64,000 nt of DNA, from contig NC_068992.1 of the NCBI RefSeq assembly GCF_001194135.2, forward strand, positions 44,865,596 through 44,929,595, written 5' to 3'. Under the pieces are notes generated by a model. It was given only the letters and a program-made list of their open reading frames with translations, was not told where the DNA came from and searched no databases. The position numbers were made by a program, and so were the translations under genes. Positions 41,638 through 55,765 of the stretch are shown piece after piece; the first letter of the stretch is position 1; every line of letters starts with the position of its first letter. Source of the stretch: Octopus bimaculoides (lineage: Eukaryota).

Positions 41638-42489
41638 AAGGGTCATTCTATGAGGTTGGAGTGTTAAATATTTATTCGAAGTAATTGATAAAGCTTAATA
41701 ATATTTTCTTAGAATTAGAAATTATTATTACAAATTAAAAGACAATAGAATTAAAATACAATCGTTTTGATTGTTTTTTAATAGTATATAAAACCTTAAT
41801 TCAAACGTATTTTCTCCGTAGTCTCGACGATAAGCATTCGGTTACTCCATCTAACAAATGCAAACTTGTTATTCCACATTTATATGTAACGCATACTCTT
41901 AACACATTTTACATGCAGAATTAGCGCGATGAAGATCTATGTTTAAATTATAGCTGCAATACATAACATAAAGAAGGACCCATAAAATTTATCCCTTGGC
42001 TTTTACTTTCTTTGTCGACCCCAAAATATTGACATACAAAATTTATCCGAAATCAGAGCATTAAGAGATGTAACGCAAAATGCAACGCCTTCGCAGCTGA
42101 AATGACGCAGATAATTAATTCACTATATCGTATTTCACTTGAAGCAGTACTGGGATTTTTTCTAATCAAATTTTCCCTGAATACGCTCTCAAAAGTTTGC
42201 GAAATTACCACCTTCAATATATATGTACGATGTATACATCTTTATTTTCTTGAGTTTTCCCCGTTTTTATTAATTCGTTTTAAAGCATTTAAATGCAGAT
42301 TTAATTATTCTGATAATTTCTGACGAATTATCTCAGTAATTTTATTAAGCCATGTTGCCAAACTTTAATATAATAGAAGAGTGGAAATTTCATTGTTATA
42401 GACTTTTTTTCTAATTGATCTTTATGTGACAAGTCAATATACTACGTATGCTCGATACTCATATGATGATAGAAAATAACAATATATAG

Positions 42490-42635
42490 TGAGTTCTAAA
42501 TTCTGCTGAGGTCGACTTTGCCTTTCGGGCACGAAAAAAGTACCTGTTGAACACTGGGGTCGATGTAATCGACTTAGCATCTCCCACAGAATTGCTGACC
42601 TTGTGCCAAAGTGTCAAACGAATATTTAGTGATTA
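42490..42635 (+). mobile_element. SINE family A, 5'-truncated
   Basis: gctgaggtcgactttgcctttcggg ... ctggggtcgatgtaatcgactta ... ccttgtgccaaa. Confidence 0.8.
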
Positions 42636-42924
42636 GTTATGGTCAACGAGTCAATATAATTCTTAAATCACTTGAACGGGAATATCGTGGCTATGATTGC
42701 AAACAATGTCATGATAACAACGATTATGATACGAATGGAAGAGATGCTAAGGAGTATAATATTGAAAACAGGATGATGATATTAATGATTTGTGAGTATT
42801 ATAACGATTATGATTTACAATGACGGTGATGATACGGAAGAAAGGGGTATTTAATCCCGGTGACGCTACTGCTGTTAATAATAATGGAAATGACTATATA
42901 GATAACTATGATTTTAATCGTGAC

Positions 42925-42998
42925 TAACATCATCATCATCATCACTACCACCACCACTACCAGCACCACTACCATCATCATGACCACCACGAACATCG

Positions 42999-43046
<48 letters not shown>

Positions 43047-43130
43047 CCACCACCACTACCACTACCACCACCACCAACACCATCATCATCATCATCACCG
43101 TCGTCGACGTCGTCGTCAACGTCATATTAT
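42925..43130. repeat. Compound (CAT)/(CAC) microsatellite
   Basis: Long catcat and caccac runs. Confidence 0.95.
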
Positions 43131-44809
43131 CACTGTAATTCGATATACTGTGACTGGTTATCATTGAATTCATTGAATCTTGATAATAAAACGAACTTGA
43201 ATTAAATATTTGGATGATTTAGCTTCAGTTCATTAGTTATGATCCTGCTTCAATCTCAGTTAATTAACATTTATTTCAGTCATCCGATTAGCGAACTGGA
43301 TTATTCCCTTTCAAGATAAGCACCCACCACTTACCTGAAAATATCAGTAATTCAATGACTTATCTCTGATTTCTAAATATCGCGTCATCATTAAAATTGC
43401 ACCCCTTATGCAATTCTCGGTGAATTAATCCTTATATTTTTCTTGCCAAGTTCTTAATTTCTTCGATACAGGCCCCCTACACAATGCCAAGCAAGCCATA
43501 ATTTTTGAACTCATATGAAGAAAAACTGTGTTCAAATTCAAAGCCGGATAAACTTTAATATTTCCTTACTCAAGATTTCAAAACGTCATACGAATTTTCT
43601 AACTTTTGTGTAGTTTTACGCACTGTACTTGTAAATAAAATGACTGCTGGTTATGCATATTCTGTTAGAAATAATGCAGAAATATTAAATTAAATAGACG
43701 ATAATGCATTGAAGATAAATATTCTATTTCATGATTTTATCATAACTCCAGAAAATATTGCAAAATATCGCATGCCAAAAGTAAAGATGTCTGATTAAAT
43801 AATTCACAGGATTAAGTTGATGCCATTACGTTTCGGTTCCAAACTCACTCATGGCAATCCCTATCATTCTCTTTGTGTGTAAAATGAACACATAACATAA
43901 CACTCAAGTCATTTTATTTAATACAGTTGTTTAGTTTCATTATTCGGAGTAGCAGCGTGATCGGGTTTTTTTTATTGCAAACGAGGACTGAGTTTTAAAT
44001 CAGAGTATAAAATAGTGTACAGGAACTAGAATTAATAGAAAAGTATATAATAGAAGTCGGGTTCGATAAATATTAAGTGTGTTTTAATGTTTTCATTGAA
44101 TACATCACGTCTCATTTATAATTTGTATAAATATAGCGGTGTGACAAATATTTTTACAACCAACTTATACATCATGATCTTAATTTCAGTTACACTGATG
44201 TTAATTAAGTGTTATCTCTCTGACGTCCATGATACAAATACCAGTAACATACTGACGTCTCTTCAGGCGAATATCTGCCACATTCTTTCTTGTAGAAATT
44301 GTTTTTATCAACCTTGCCAATTTAATCCGAGAAGGAGCGAGATTGCATTTGCTTTTTAACTTCGCATAATCTGAAGTCTGTTTTCATTTTATTCATCCAG
44401 GTTGTAATAGGCAGGGAAATCAGAAAATAATTAGTGACGTGTTAAAATTTAAAAAGACGAAAGATATTTCTTCGTAGAATGCTGGATTTAATGATCGAGC
44501 ATTTTCATAATTTCTGTCATATCTGAACAACTGTTAACTTACCAAGTGTTGAAGTTGCGGTTTAAACACGCCATTCTTTCTTTGTTCTAAATTATGCAGA
44601 TCAACGCGATGTTTTTCTATAGTTATGTTATTCTTGTGTTCTTCAAAGCCTTAAACACTCAGAAATAATATTACTATTACTAATAATAACTACAATAACA
44701 AAAATAATGTATGCGTATTTATACACATACACGCACACATACAAACACGCGAACACACAAACACATACGAACACAACGACAAACGCACACATATGAACAT
44801 GCATATATT

Positions 44810-44861
<52 letters not shown>

Positions 44862-45212
44862 CACAAACATATATGTAGAAACACACACACACTGCACATA
44901 CACACATAAACACACATACAAACATATCATGCAGACAATAGTAGCTTTTTCGACACTGTAAAATTGGTGATTGACACGAATGTAGCAAGCATTTTATACA
45001 TATTTTAACTTACCCACAGGGAACTGAGCATAAAAAGCCGAGTCCTATTCTCTTCTCAGATATGTTAATCACTTTTTCTCTTCGTATCTATATTCACATA
45101 TATTTTAGCAAAGACACGTGTAGATGACCATTTACACAGACGCACGCACGTCACCATCATCTCAAGTAAATATATATATATGCGTACCGACAAGACCACA
45201 GCTACGTACAAT

Positions 45213-45257
<45 letters not shown>

Positions 45258-46976
45258 TCATTTATACCTGTCTGTGTTTGTGTGTGTATCTAAGTGTCAC
45301 CTTATTTGTGTGTGTACGTTACAGTTATGCTTGAGTATCAATGGAGGCTTGTTAAATGTTGCTGTCTGTTTTGATTTCTTAGAATAACTAAATTTCGTGA
45401 GAGTCTATTATTATTTGTGATTTATTTAACTTTTCTTCATTATGTATTTTTCATTTCTATAAACAAGTATAACCTTTCTATACTTATTTGTAGCTATTTA
45501 TTTTTATTATATCTCTCGTTAATTATGAATAAAGCCATATTTATGTGATACACAAATAGATGGAAATAGAGTGGAGTACGTGGTATACGATAATAATGGA
45601 AATTAGAATATATTTCTTTTGTCTTTACTAGCTTCAGCTCGGGAACTGCAGCCATTGTGATAAACATGTGTAATTTTGTATGAAGACATTAGCAACTCAA
45701 TTCTTTTTATAGTGTTGTATATTATTTGGATCTTAGTTGTTATGTCTAGTCCATAATTGTATTTATGCTGCCAGTATTAAGTGGTACATTTCTGAACATA
45801 CTACAGAAAAGAAAGAATAATAAAGTTTGCTATGAAAATGCACTGTCATTCTAAGTAAGCTCCGACTTCGACGTTTGATATGCTAAATATACCTGCAAAA
45901 TTCTCTCTTAAAATACTCACAGTTATCTACCCAGTTATCTACCCAAAAGAAATGTTATATTGCTTAATGTAATCTAACAATTGTTACGCAGAAAACATGG
46001 TGGTATGTTGAAGGACGGACGGCTTTGTCATACTTGCGACTAAATTACAATCAGATCTACTCAAACGTAGCTTATTCACCTCAGAGCTTAGCATTCAATT
46101 CTCAGATGTATTTAGGATACTGTCACATTTATCGTCTGTTGAAAGTCTTTGTTTTGTACTTCGACACAAGAATGTATAGTTTTGTTAAATATTTTAGTTA
46201 GTGCTTAATAGATGCTAATGCCACATCGGTGTTTGAATACGCTCTGTATCGCATATTTAGTACAGGTCAAAAATAATTAGGATCCAAGAATTGGAGACAA
46301 ATGCCTGTCCTTTTCTTCTTAGTAGCAGAGTTCTTTAGAAAACTAAAATAAGTTCGAAAGTCTCATGTAATCTCAACTGAAATATAATTCACATCCTAAC
46401 ATCACTGAACATCTGTTTAAATAGTGTTTTCATGTTGTTTAACTTGTATTTACAATATTATACGAAGTTCAACAATCAGTATTTCTTTTCTAATTCATTA
46501 GAATTTAAGAAAATTAGTGTTAATCTTTCACATCCATGGGATTAAATGTTAATAATTTAGATTAATAAACTATAACCAATACTTTCAACTTCATTTATTT
46601 CTGATACTTTAATTGAAGCCAAAAAAAGTGTTATAGTATTATGGATTAAGTTACTTCAAAAATATACTTCAGAGTTGATATAGAAATGCAACGTTTCTTT
46701 GAAAACATTTTTTATGAAAGTTTGCTAACTACTAAAATTTGTTGGTTGTTCTATTGGTCTTAGTCTTTAATTTAAATGGAATTAAAAAAACAAATGCTTC
46801 CATCACAATAACCTAGTGTCATTGTTGTCACCATTTCTATGAAGAAATGGTTACTGTTACAGCAATTTGTATTTCATTTTCTTTAAATAAGTAGCAATAT
46901 TAGTATGACTTTGAGAGGAAATAATATCCATGTGAATAGTTAGACTATTATACCAATTGCTTATTCTTTCTAACAG

Positions 46977-47029
46977 AAGTATACTGAGACAGAAAGGAAA
47001 TCTCTGTTAGGTTTTGATATTGATAAAAC
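46977..47029 (+). CDS. Candidate 53-nt exon (phase 0 to 2)
   Basis: ttgcttattctttctaacAG acceptor, GTATGA donor; reads KYTETERKSLLGFDIDK(T). Confidence 0.55.
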
Positions 47030-48721
47030 GTATGAAGTTAGACAGTAGTGCACCATTTTTTCAGTTTTAATCTGTATAATGAAATAATGGTTCTCTCAAA
47101 AAGTGATAATATAAGAAAGCAAAGTGTGAAAATTGCTCTGAAAGCTGGCGCGGTGAAATAAAAGCAGGTTTCTGAAATATGCATTAGTTTCTTTGTCTGA
47201 GTTTCTCTTTACTATCCTAAACCATTCCAACGATTATGTCTATATAAGAAATCAATATACGTATTTGGTAAACGAAGGGATAAATTCGATTGAATTAACA
47301 CGGTACACTACTTTTTGTTTGACGCTACAATGATGAAATGAATGAAAATACCGCTTCTGATAATATTAACAATAAACGGGAAACTTTCTAAGACTCCAAC
47401 TTTTACTTGGACTTGTGACTAACATCTTTTTGATTATTCTGAAATTAAAATCTATACCAATTTATTATTCTTTATTCCATGAGATAAAAAAAAGAGTTGT
47501 ATTTTTAATGAAAACCAGTATTCTCTGCCAAAGAATAACCTGACACCGATAAAATGACATACAACTTAGAAGCTCCGATCACAATTATGAATGCAGTATT
47601 CACTGTTACTAAGAAATGGAAGTTACAGTAATTGAAAGTGGTAATCAGAAAACAACATGTACTCTGAGAAAACATTCATATGCAAAAAAAGAACAAATGT
47701 TGTGAAAAGAAACAGGGCAGAACTGATTTATAATTCTACAGCAACAAACTTCCACATTTTATAGTTCAGAAAATGTTTTACATTATACACATTTTTGGAT
47801 AAACGATATCATACATTATGGCTCCTTGAACAACTAGAACGATGATGACAACATCAAGAACAGGAACAATTATTGTTACTTTAATAGTTCGGTATAATCT
47901 AAACAATCTATGAATTGGAAGGAAATATATATATATCTGTGTGTGTGTGTGTGTGTGTGTGTGTGACGGGGAATTAATTCAATATTAGACTACAGCCACT
48001 CCATGATATCAGGCAATTCCTTATTTTGTTTATGATAAACTATCAACAATAACATTGTTCATCTAGACGCATCCACATCTGTGTAAATATATATATTCAT
48101 AATTACATATCTAAATATAAACTTACAAGTCTAAACCTAAATACATGGAAACATGCACAGTCAAAAGAAATACGTACGTAGACGCATTCATATAATATAT
48201 ATGTGTGAATATATATCTATACACGTGGGTTCGTGTGTGTGTGTGTGTGTGGTGTCTGTGTGGCTAGTGTGTGTGCATAGATTGTTGGTGTTTACGGTTG
48301 TTACATATTTGCAAAATTCATCTATTTACTGCACAAAATACTAATAAATCACAAGAAAGTTTCCTTTACTCAGGTAATTTTCTATATTGAATTTTCATTG
48401 ATTTCCAATATAAAATTTTGAAATATCTTGATTTTGTAATGATCACTTTTTGTCAATGACGCGTTTTTTAAATAATATAAACACGAAAAAAGTCGAAAAA
48501 GCTTTTAGCTTTTTTTTTACTTCTCTGTTTTTCATGAACGCAATACAAATAATACAACCATCAGCATTGTTATTTATCGTTTCGTTTTTCTTTCTGACTC
48601 TCAATAGCAGTAGCAGAATAGATTGTATGCACTGCCGCTTTCAAAATAAATTGTTAATATATGTTTTTTCGTTGCAAATTCTTCAGAGAATCAGGTTTAC
48701 AAATGAATACATTTTCTCTAG

Positions 48722-48790
48722 TGTACGTTCTTATATAACCATGTCTGCTAGAAAGAACACTAGTTTGGCTTATTTTATAATGGCTGACAA
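48722..48790 (+). CDS. Candidate 69-nt exon (phase 2 to 2)
   Basis: cattttctctAG acceptor, CAA|GTGAGT donor; reads VRSYITMSARKNTSLAYFIMAD(K), in frame with the previous exon. Confidence 0.6.
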
Positions 48791-49186
48791 GTGAGTTCAG
48801 ATTGAAAATTGAATATCAACTTCTGTCAGTGAGAGCACTGATAGATGAATGGGTATTTCATTTACAGATTGAAAATGTCAGTACAGATTACTCTGATATA
48901 ATTTGGTCGTAATTGTGTATTTGATTTGTTTATCTATACTAAACGGAGATTTAAACCGACCGAATATGCTGGTCAATAGGATGATACTTCCTATTCAAGT
49001 TGTAAATGTTTATTTCAAGTTTTATTTTTCAACAATATTGCATACCAACTTTCTACGCAGACAATCATGCAGTTCTCTTTATCGTATATATGCATACTTA
49101 TACATATATGAATATTTATACATATATATGTTGTACTTGGGGATGGTCATATTGCCAGTTTAGCCATTATAAAATATAAACATACG

Positions 49187-49219
<33 letters not shown>

Positions 49220-49659
49220 NNNNNNNNNNNNNNNNNNNNNNNNNNNNNNNNNNNNNNNNNNNNNNNNNNNNNNNNNNNNNNNNNNNNNNNNNNNNNNNNN
49301 NNNNNNNNNNNNNNNNNNNNNNNNNNNNNNNNNNNNNNNNNNNNNNNNNNNNNNNNNNNNNNNNNNNNNNNNNNNNNNNNNNNNNNNNNNNNNNNNNNNN
49401 NNNNNNNNNNNNNNNNNNNNNNNNNNNNNNNNNNNNNNNNTATATATATATATATACATATGGATATGCATATGTGTAAATATATAAATATATATATATA
49501 TATATAAATATATATATATATGTGTGTGTGTGTGTGTAATACGTATGTTTATATGTATGTTCATATTTTATAATCGCTCACAAGCAAGGGCAGTTGCATC
49601 AAACACTCTCATGCACCAAATTTCAATTCCTAAAAAGCATTCGTGAAGTAAAATTATGT

Positions 49660-49735
49660 AGCAACACCAAATGGCGGTGCCCCAGCATGGCCACAGCTCA
49701 TGAGCTGAAACGAGATAAAATAAAAATAAAATAAA
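49660..49735 (+). mobile_element. SINE family B 3' end
   Basis: ggcggtgccccagcatggccacagctcatgagctgaaac followed by an (aaaat)n tail. Confidence 0.7.
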
Positions 49736-49852
49736 TAAGTAAATGCATGTGTATTTATTAATAATAGGGGAAATAATATCAATGAGAATAATTGTAACAA
49801 CAATAATTTGAATCTTAGTAATAATATTGGTGTTGTTAATAGTTCCACTGCT

Positions 49853-50032
49853 TGCAATTGTAGAAATAAGTCCCGTTGTCCGTTATTAGGCCGATGTCTC
49901 ATCGAAAACGCAGTATATAAATTCACAATAAGTACTATAAAGGATAATTATATTTACTTTGGATGTACGATTAATTTGAAACAGCGTATACATAACCACC
50001 GGTCATCTTTTAGACTTAAACATAAGGCAAAT
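49853..50032 (+). mobile_element. PLE GIY-YIG endonuclease fragment with Cys-rich linker
   Basis: CNCRNKSRCPLLGRCLIENAVYKFTI...YIYFGCTINLKQRIHNHRSSF matches CNC...CPL.G.CL...VY......Y.G.T...K.R..NH..SF. Confidence 0.85.
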
Positions 50033-51556
50033 GTACGTGTGTATGTATGTATGTATGTATGTATGTACATATATCTCTCTATATCTATATATCTAATTAT
50101 CTATGCTTCCAATTTTATATATTGCTGTGAAGCTGAATAACAACTATTCTTTTGTATTAGTGAACTTGTGTCGGTGTGTCACATTCGGCCCAGCTGAAAA
50201 TACTCTCCTAATTTCCGAAAATAATTATCACATAAATTAAGAACATAGCTGCCTTGTAATCTATAATCAAGCGTGGCCGTCGTCCAAATGAAGAAATCAG
50301 AAATAAAATTTAAGAAATTCAAATATCGCTATCATGCTTTAAATAGCGAAATGTTTCATGACAAGCTTAATATTTTCTTGTCTTCTATTTTATGCTCATA
50401 TATATATATAACAGGTATTGTGTGTAACAGACAGCCTTTATAACATGGAAATACCACTTAAGCAACTACGATAAGCCTTTGTGTATTCAGATTTTACACA
50501 TTTGACTAATGCACATTTGAAGCATTTAAATATTAAATGCGTTCTTTGAATTGGAAGATTGTACGTCCGACAACTTTGTAGTTTTATTCAATTTCGACAA
50601 CCATTTCTCTTTAACATGAAAATAACATTAAAAGAAATATATCCTGTATAAATAAAATTTTAAACCAGTCGATTAACTATCATTTAATTCATAAATACAT
50701 CTGGATTGTTGGTTAATCATTACAGAAAAATGTATCTATAGAGAGCTTTGGTAAGATGTACTAACATGAATATAACTAGATAAAAGTGTTGGTGTGTTGA
50801 GAAAAAAAGAGATGCCATTTCCTCTCCTCCTTATACTAAATAATCGAATTAAAATGGCTTTCAGGTTCTTCATAATTTCTTAGGTTTATTTCCTTCAAAT
50901 ACATTATACGTATTTGCTTTTATACTCAAAGATACTTCTAGTATGAATTGATACTATCTACTTAAGCGAATAAGTGATATAACGCATCAAATATGCACAA
51001 AAAACACTAAACTAACATTTTAAGATTATAGTCAGGAATCCTACACTGCAATTCTATTAAGAACAATAAAACTCATTTCATCCAACCGTGATGTAAACCA
51101 CATTGTGTAACGGCTTCAGCAGATTGTTGTCGCTTTATATGATAAGCTGTTTTGGGCTGAATAAGAATAAACGTACATTGCGCGTTACTTCGAGAACTCT
51201 TTCAGAGTTAGGTATGACAAAGATAGATGCCAACAAATTCAATAGACAATCACTGTAATATTGCTTCTATTACTCTTATACTAGTGAATGTAATATAATT
51301 GACAGTACACAGTGGTTAATTATCAAATTGGTTGCGCTTGGTATTTTTTATTGATTTTTATTTCGACATGTTGTACAGTCACAAAGAAGGCTTATTTTTT
51401 TAGCCTTTGTATTAAAATATGAAGAACATATATCAATCGATCAAAATCTACTTTTAAAAGGGTTTGAGGATATGGTTAATGTATGGAAAATGTTTAGAAA
51501 GGCGCACTTTTTGGTTTTACTGAATTGTTTCGTGAGACAGTAATTTTTTTCCACAG

Positions 51557-51603
51557 AATTAATAATTTTTGTCACAAAAATATATTACACCAGTATATTC
51601 CAG
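51557..51603 (+). CDS. Candidate 47-nt exon (phase 2 to 1)
   Basis: aattttttttccacAG acceptor, CAG|GTATCA donor; reads INNFCHKNILHQYIP in frame. Confidence 0.5.
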
Positions 51604-51984
51604 GTATCAATACGTTGTAGAGTACCAAATAGTGTATAACTTGCACATGATATAAAAAGGAAAACCAAAGATAATATTACTCTTTGGGAATGCCTTTACA
51701 TTAAATTAATATTGTCGTTATCTACTTTGACAGGAATGATAATAGAAAGTTTTAGCAATCATGCTTTTCAGTGTACCAGTTAGCTTATATTTAAAATTAC
51801 TAGAACTGAAATATGCGTGCTCAAGGTTTGAATAATCATTGTCTACAATGCTGATAGCACTCATTGGTTACCCATGAGAAACCTAAGTTCAAACACATAA
51901 GAATTATTGTCATCCCTACTTACTATACTGACCTCCAATGTTCCATGGCATTAACTGAGAATTGTGTTTACCAGAGATAACCTA

Positions 51985-52168
<184 letters not shown>

Positions 52169-52923
52169 AAACCTTACGATTGCTCATAGAGTTATGTATT
52201 GGCGAATATGTATTTGTTACTTTCAAACATAATGACGAAGGGTTTGTATTTGTGAAATAATGCAAGATTCTTGTTCTATTCTCCCCAAAAAGCCATTAAT
52301 ATTGCGAAATAATTTGCAGATTCAGCATCACGATAATTTGACAACATTACTTTTCTATTTTAATTCACAAGTAATTTAGAATTTTTACTCCAATTTTTTC
52401 AAAATTGTTTTGTATAATACTTTATTTTAATAATTCTAGAATTGCTGTTCTGAGAATGCTCTTAAATTGCTAACGTCGCTAAACGTGTATAATATAGTGT
52501 AACTAGAAAAATATACCTATCCGTACATTATATAGGAAATGTGTGCAAAAATGAAAGGATAAGAAGACAAATAATAAAGGCATACTGATATGGGTAGTTT
52601 GTCACGTTAACATTTGCATTTAAATAGCTTTTACTTCAATTTTAACTTTTTTAAAATTGTAATGAATTATTAAAATTTTCAGCTTGAATTATTTAGAAAA
52701 CTGACTGGCTATTGAAATTTTATGCGTTGCGATATTGGCACATCCGTATTTTTATGAGCAAGTTTTGTTCTTTATATGCAATGTCTGTTCGTCATTTTCG
52801 TAGAAATATGTAACTACCGGAAAATAGCCTGTCAAACATTTCATTTTTTAACACATCGCTTTGCTTTTGAGGAAAGCGTAAATTAAGTAACAAGTAATAT
52901 ACATCGGACAAAATTGTACATCT

Positions 52924-53072
52924 TCACGTTCAGAGTTTAAACTGTGTAGAGGTTTTACCCTTTCGGGGTTGATACAAGATATGCAATAGGATCGATGTAA
53001 TCAACTTAATCCTCCCCGCAAATAATTTCAAACCTTGTGTCTATATGAATCATCATCATCATCATCATCATA
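52924..53072 (+). mobile_element. SINE family A, diverged 3' part with (CAT)n tail
   Basis: ccctttcggggttgata ... gatcgatgtaatcaacttaatcc ... ccttgtgtcta. Confidence 0.65.
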
Positions 53073-53317
53073 AGTATCGAGTTTACGTCGCTCTGAAAGG
53101 TTAGTAGTACTTTTTGTAGGAAACATTAAGAAAACCTGTTTTGATTTGAAGAGAGCATTCACCAATTTTTCCTAAGAAGGCAGAGCTGTAATTGTATTTT
53201 TACTTGTCTATTTTTTTATTCATTCTAAATTAAGGCGGCATTAATGGCACGAAATGACGAAGTATGAAGAAGGACTCACGTCGCTACTGCTTTATTAGAG
53301 AGCAGAGACTGGACAAC

Positions 53318-53615
53318 AACACCAACAACAAAAAACAGCAGCAATAGCAACAATAGCAAAACCTAAATTACAGCAATACTTGTGGAGGGGAGGAGAAAAA
53401 TACTATGATTACAATTCAAAGTCCAACTCAAACACCAGTGGAAAAACGCAGCAGCAGCAGCAGCAACAACAACTGATACAACATATCACTAGAAACTACA
53501 ATAACACAAACACACCAGCAGTAATAGCAGCAGCGAAAGCAGCAGCGAAAGCAGCAGCGAAAGCAGCAGTGACAACAACAACAACAGCATCAGTAACAAG
53601 GACAGCAGCAACTAC
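53318..53615. repeat. Degenerate CAA/CAG/GCA low-complexity region
   Basis: cagcag and caacaa runs plus a threefold gcagcgaaagca unit. Confidence 0.85.
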
Positions 53616-54177
53616 AACATTAAGATGAATAATGAAGAATGCAGAGAAATTTATGGGGGCAGATACTCGGTTGCTGAGATGGCAACAAAATCAACGCAAA
53701 TTTCTAAACAGTCATTAAAGTGATAAAGAAACAAAACTCAGAGGCCAAACAACTTGTGAAATGAAATGCAAGGAGAGCAAAAGTTGCTGCTCCAGGCGAG
53801 ATCTAGACAGCAAGTACTAGAACAAAGATCTGTTATCGCAATGTGTCGGCGACAGAGACCCAGATGGAAAATGTCCTGAAATATATATTGGCAGAAATAG
53901 ATTTTGTTTCGAAAGTGAGACAGTTCGAGATTGTGGATGTCCTCTTCTTGATCGAGCTCTCGCGCTGAAGTCCCCCATAGAGCTCCTGAAATGGATTTCA
54001 TAGTCTACCCAATCTATTTAGAGAAAAGACCCAGTCACGTTAAAATAGAAAGTGTTCTACCTAGACGTATTGCCTTGTAGTTGCTATCGTGTGTCACTCT
54101 ACCGGAATCGAAGCGAAAGCAGAGGTTTTTACGGTCTGGAACCACAGTAGAGATTCTCCACCAGATCAAACCAGAGT

Positions 54178-54410
54178 AGGTGAAATAGAATCGTTAGCAC
54201 GCTGGACGAAATGCTTAGCGGTATTTCACCGGCCACTACATTCCGAGTTCAAATTCTGTCGAAGTCGACTTTGCCTTTCATCCTTTCGGAGTCAATAAAT
54301 TAAGTACCGGTTGTGTACTGGGGACGATGTAATCGACTAGTCCCCTCACCCCAAATTTCAGACATTGTGTCTCCAGTAGAAAGGATTATCATTATTATTG
54401 TTATTATTAC
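54178..54410 (+). mobile_element. SINE family A, best-preserved copy
   Basis: agaatcgttagcacgctggacgaaatgcttagcggtatttc ... gtcgactttgcctttcatcctttcgg ... cagtagaaaggattat(catt) tail. Confidence 0.9.
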
Positions 54411-55289
54411 TGTTGTTGCATCTTCTTTTATTATATTAAGTGTATATTCATATACACTTAAACCAGATGCTCTAATGTGCGTACTTTTCAGGTGACCATT
54501 AGAGTGTAAAGAAAGTTGTTAAAAGTTGAAATCGTTTCCAAATATCGGCTCGCTAAGTATGCACCATTTCAGGACAATAACCGTTCTCAAAGTGAAAGAA
54601 GAAATGTAAAAAAAATTCTGACGACTTTTAGATGTACCATTTACTGATTAAATCGTAGGTGATGGATAATTTGATGTCTAAATATTTCCCTAAGCAACGC
54701 TTATATATCTTAATCACAATATTATACTTTTATTATAATTTATATCTTGAAACCTTACTCATCCTGACGTCTCACATAATATATTTTGGTGATAGTATCA
54801 TCTGCTATAATCTATATGAGATCTTCGTGGATTTGTCTAATTTCTATCAGATTGCAAACTTAATTCAATATAATCTTCAAAGCTATTCCCTTGCTATCGA
54901 TCTATAAATATAACATTTCTATCGACATATAATTCCAATATTTACATCATCATATATATTCAAAATGATAAAATCGGATTGCAGCTTTCAATAGATATAC
55001 ATTTAATTTAGTCATTTATTATACATTTTCTACTTAAATGCTTGCTACATAAAGTAGACCAAATCGGTCGAAAGTACGTATTTAATATAATCTAATTCCT
55101 ACTTCCAAATCTGTCAATCTAAAAGATTTAATTTTGTTGTCTGAATTAATACATATAACTGATTTACCATATTGGCACAAGGCCAGCTATCACAAGAACA
55201 AAAGATACGACTCTGGTATTTGACTGTTTATTTATATACACTGTGGAATGATCGGCAATGTCGGTCTCACTGACACCTCAGGGAAATCC

Positions 55290-55717
55290 AGTCGGTACCT
55301 ATCAGAAAGCTGGTAAGTCCTGAGCAGTAACAGTTTCTACTATGTACTAAACCCATACGGTCCTTCCATGCGTCTAAAATACTATTGTCATAGGTGCTCC
55401 AGGAATGATAGCAAAGGGGGATGATTGCTACCTAGCTTAAATACCAGGAAACCACAAAATGGCAGAAATTCAAGATAGTGCACATGGGAACTGCCCATAT
55501 CCTACGTAAAATACTGTCTGTGTAATCTCAAATTTTAAAACAAACATAACTTTCTTATGGTATCTTAAACATTCTCTAGAACAACACTATGCATAACACC
55601 AAATATATGGCACCCTAGGCATAACACCAACATCAACTTCTAACTTGTTGTCTCTTGAGGTTTCTGGGTGAGACTTGGAGTTAACTTGTACAAATGCAAA
55701 GCAAAAGTTAGACATAA

Positions 55718-55765
<48 letters not shown>
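55290..55765 (+). mobile_element. R4/Dong-like non-LTR retrotransposon 3' end with (TAA)n tail
   Basis: 55384-55525 reads IVIGAPGMIAKGDDCYLA*IPGNHKMAEIQ, then KIVHMGTAHILRKILSV*. This is the conserved VIGALG ... QK..L.GTAHILRK.L C-terminus; about 190 nt of 3' UTR and (aat)n follow. Confidence 0.8.
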
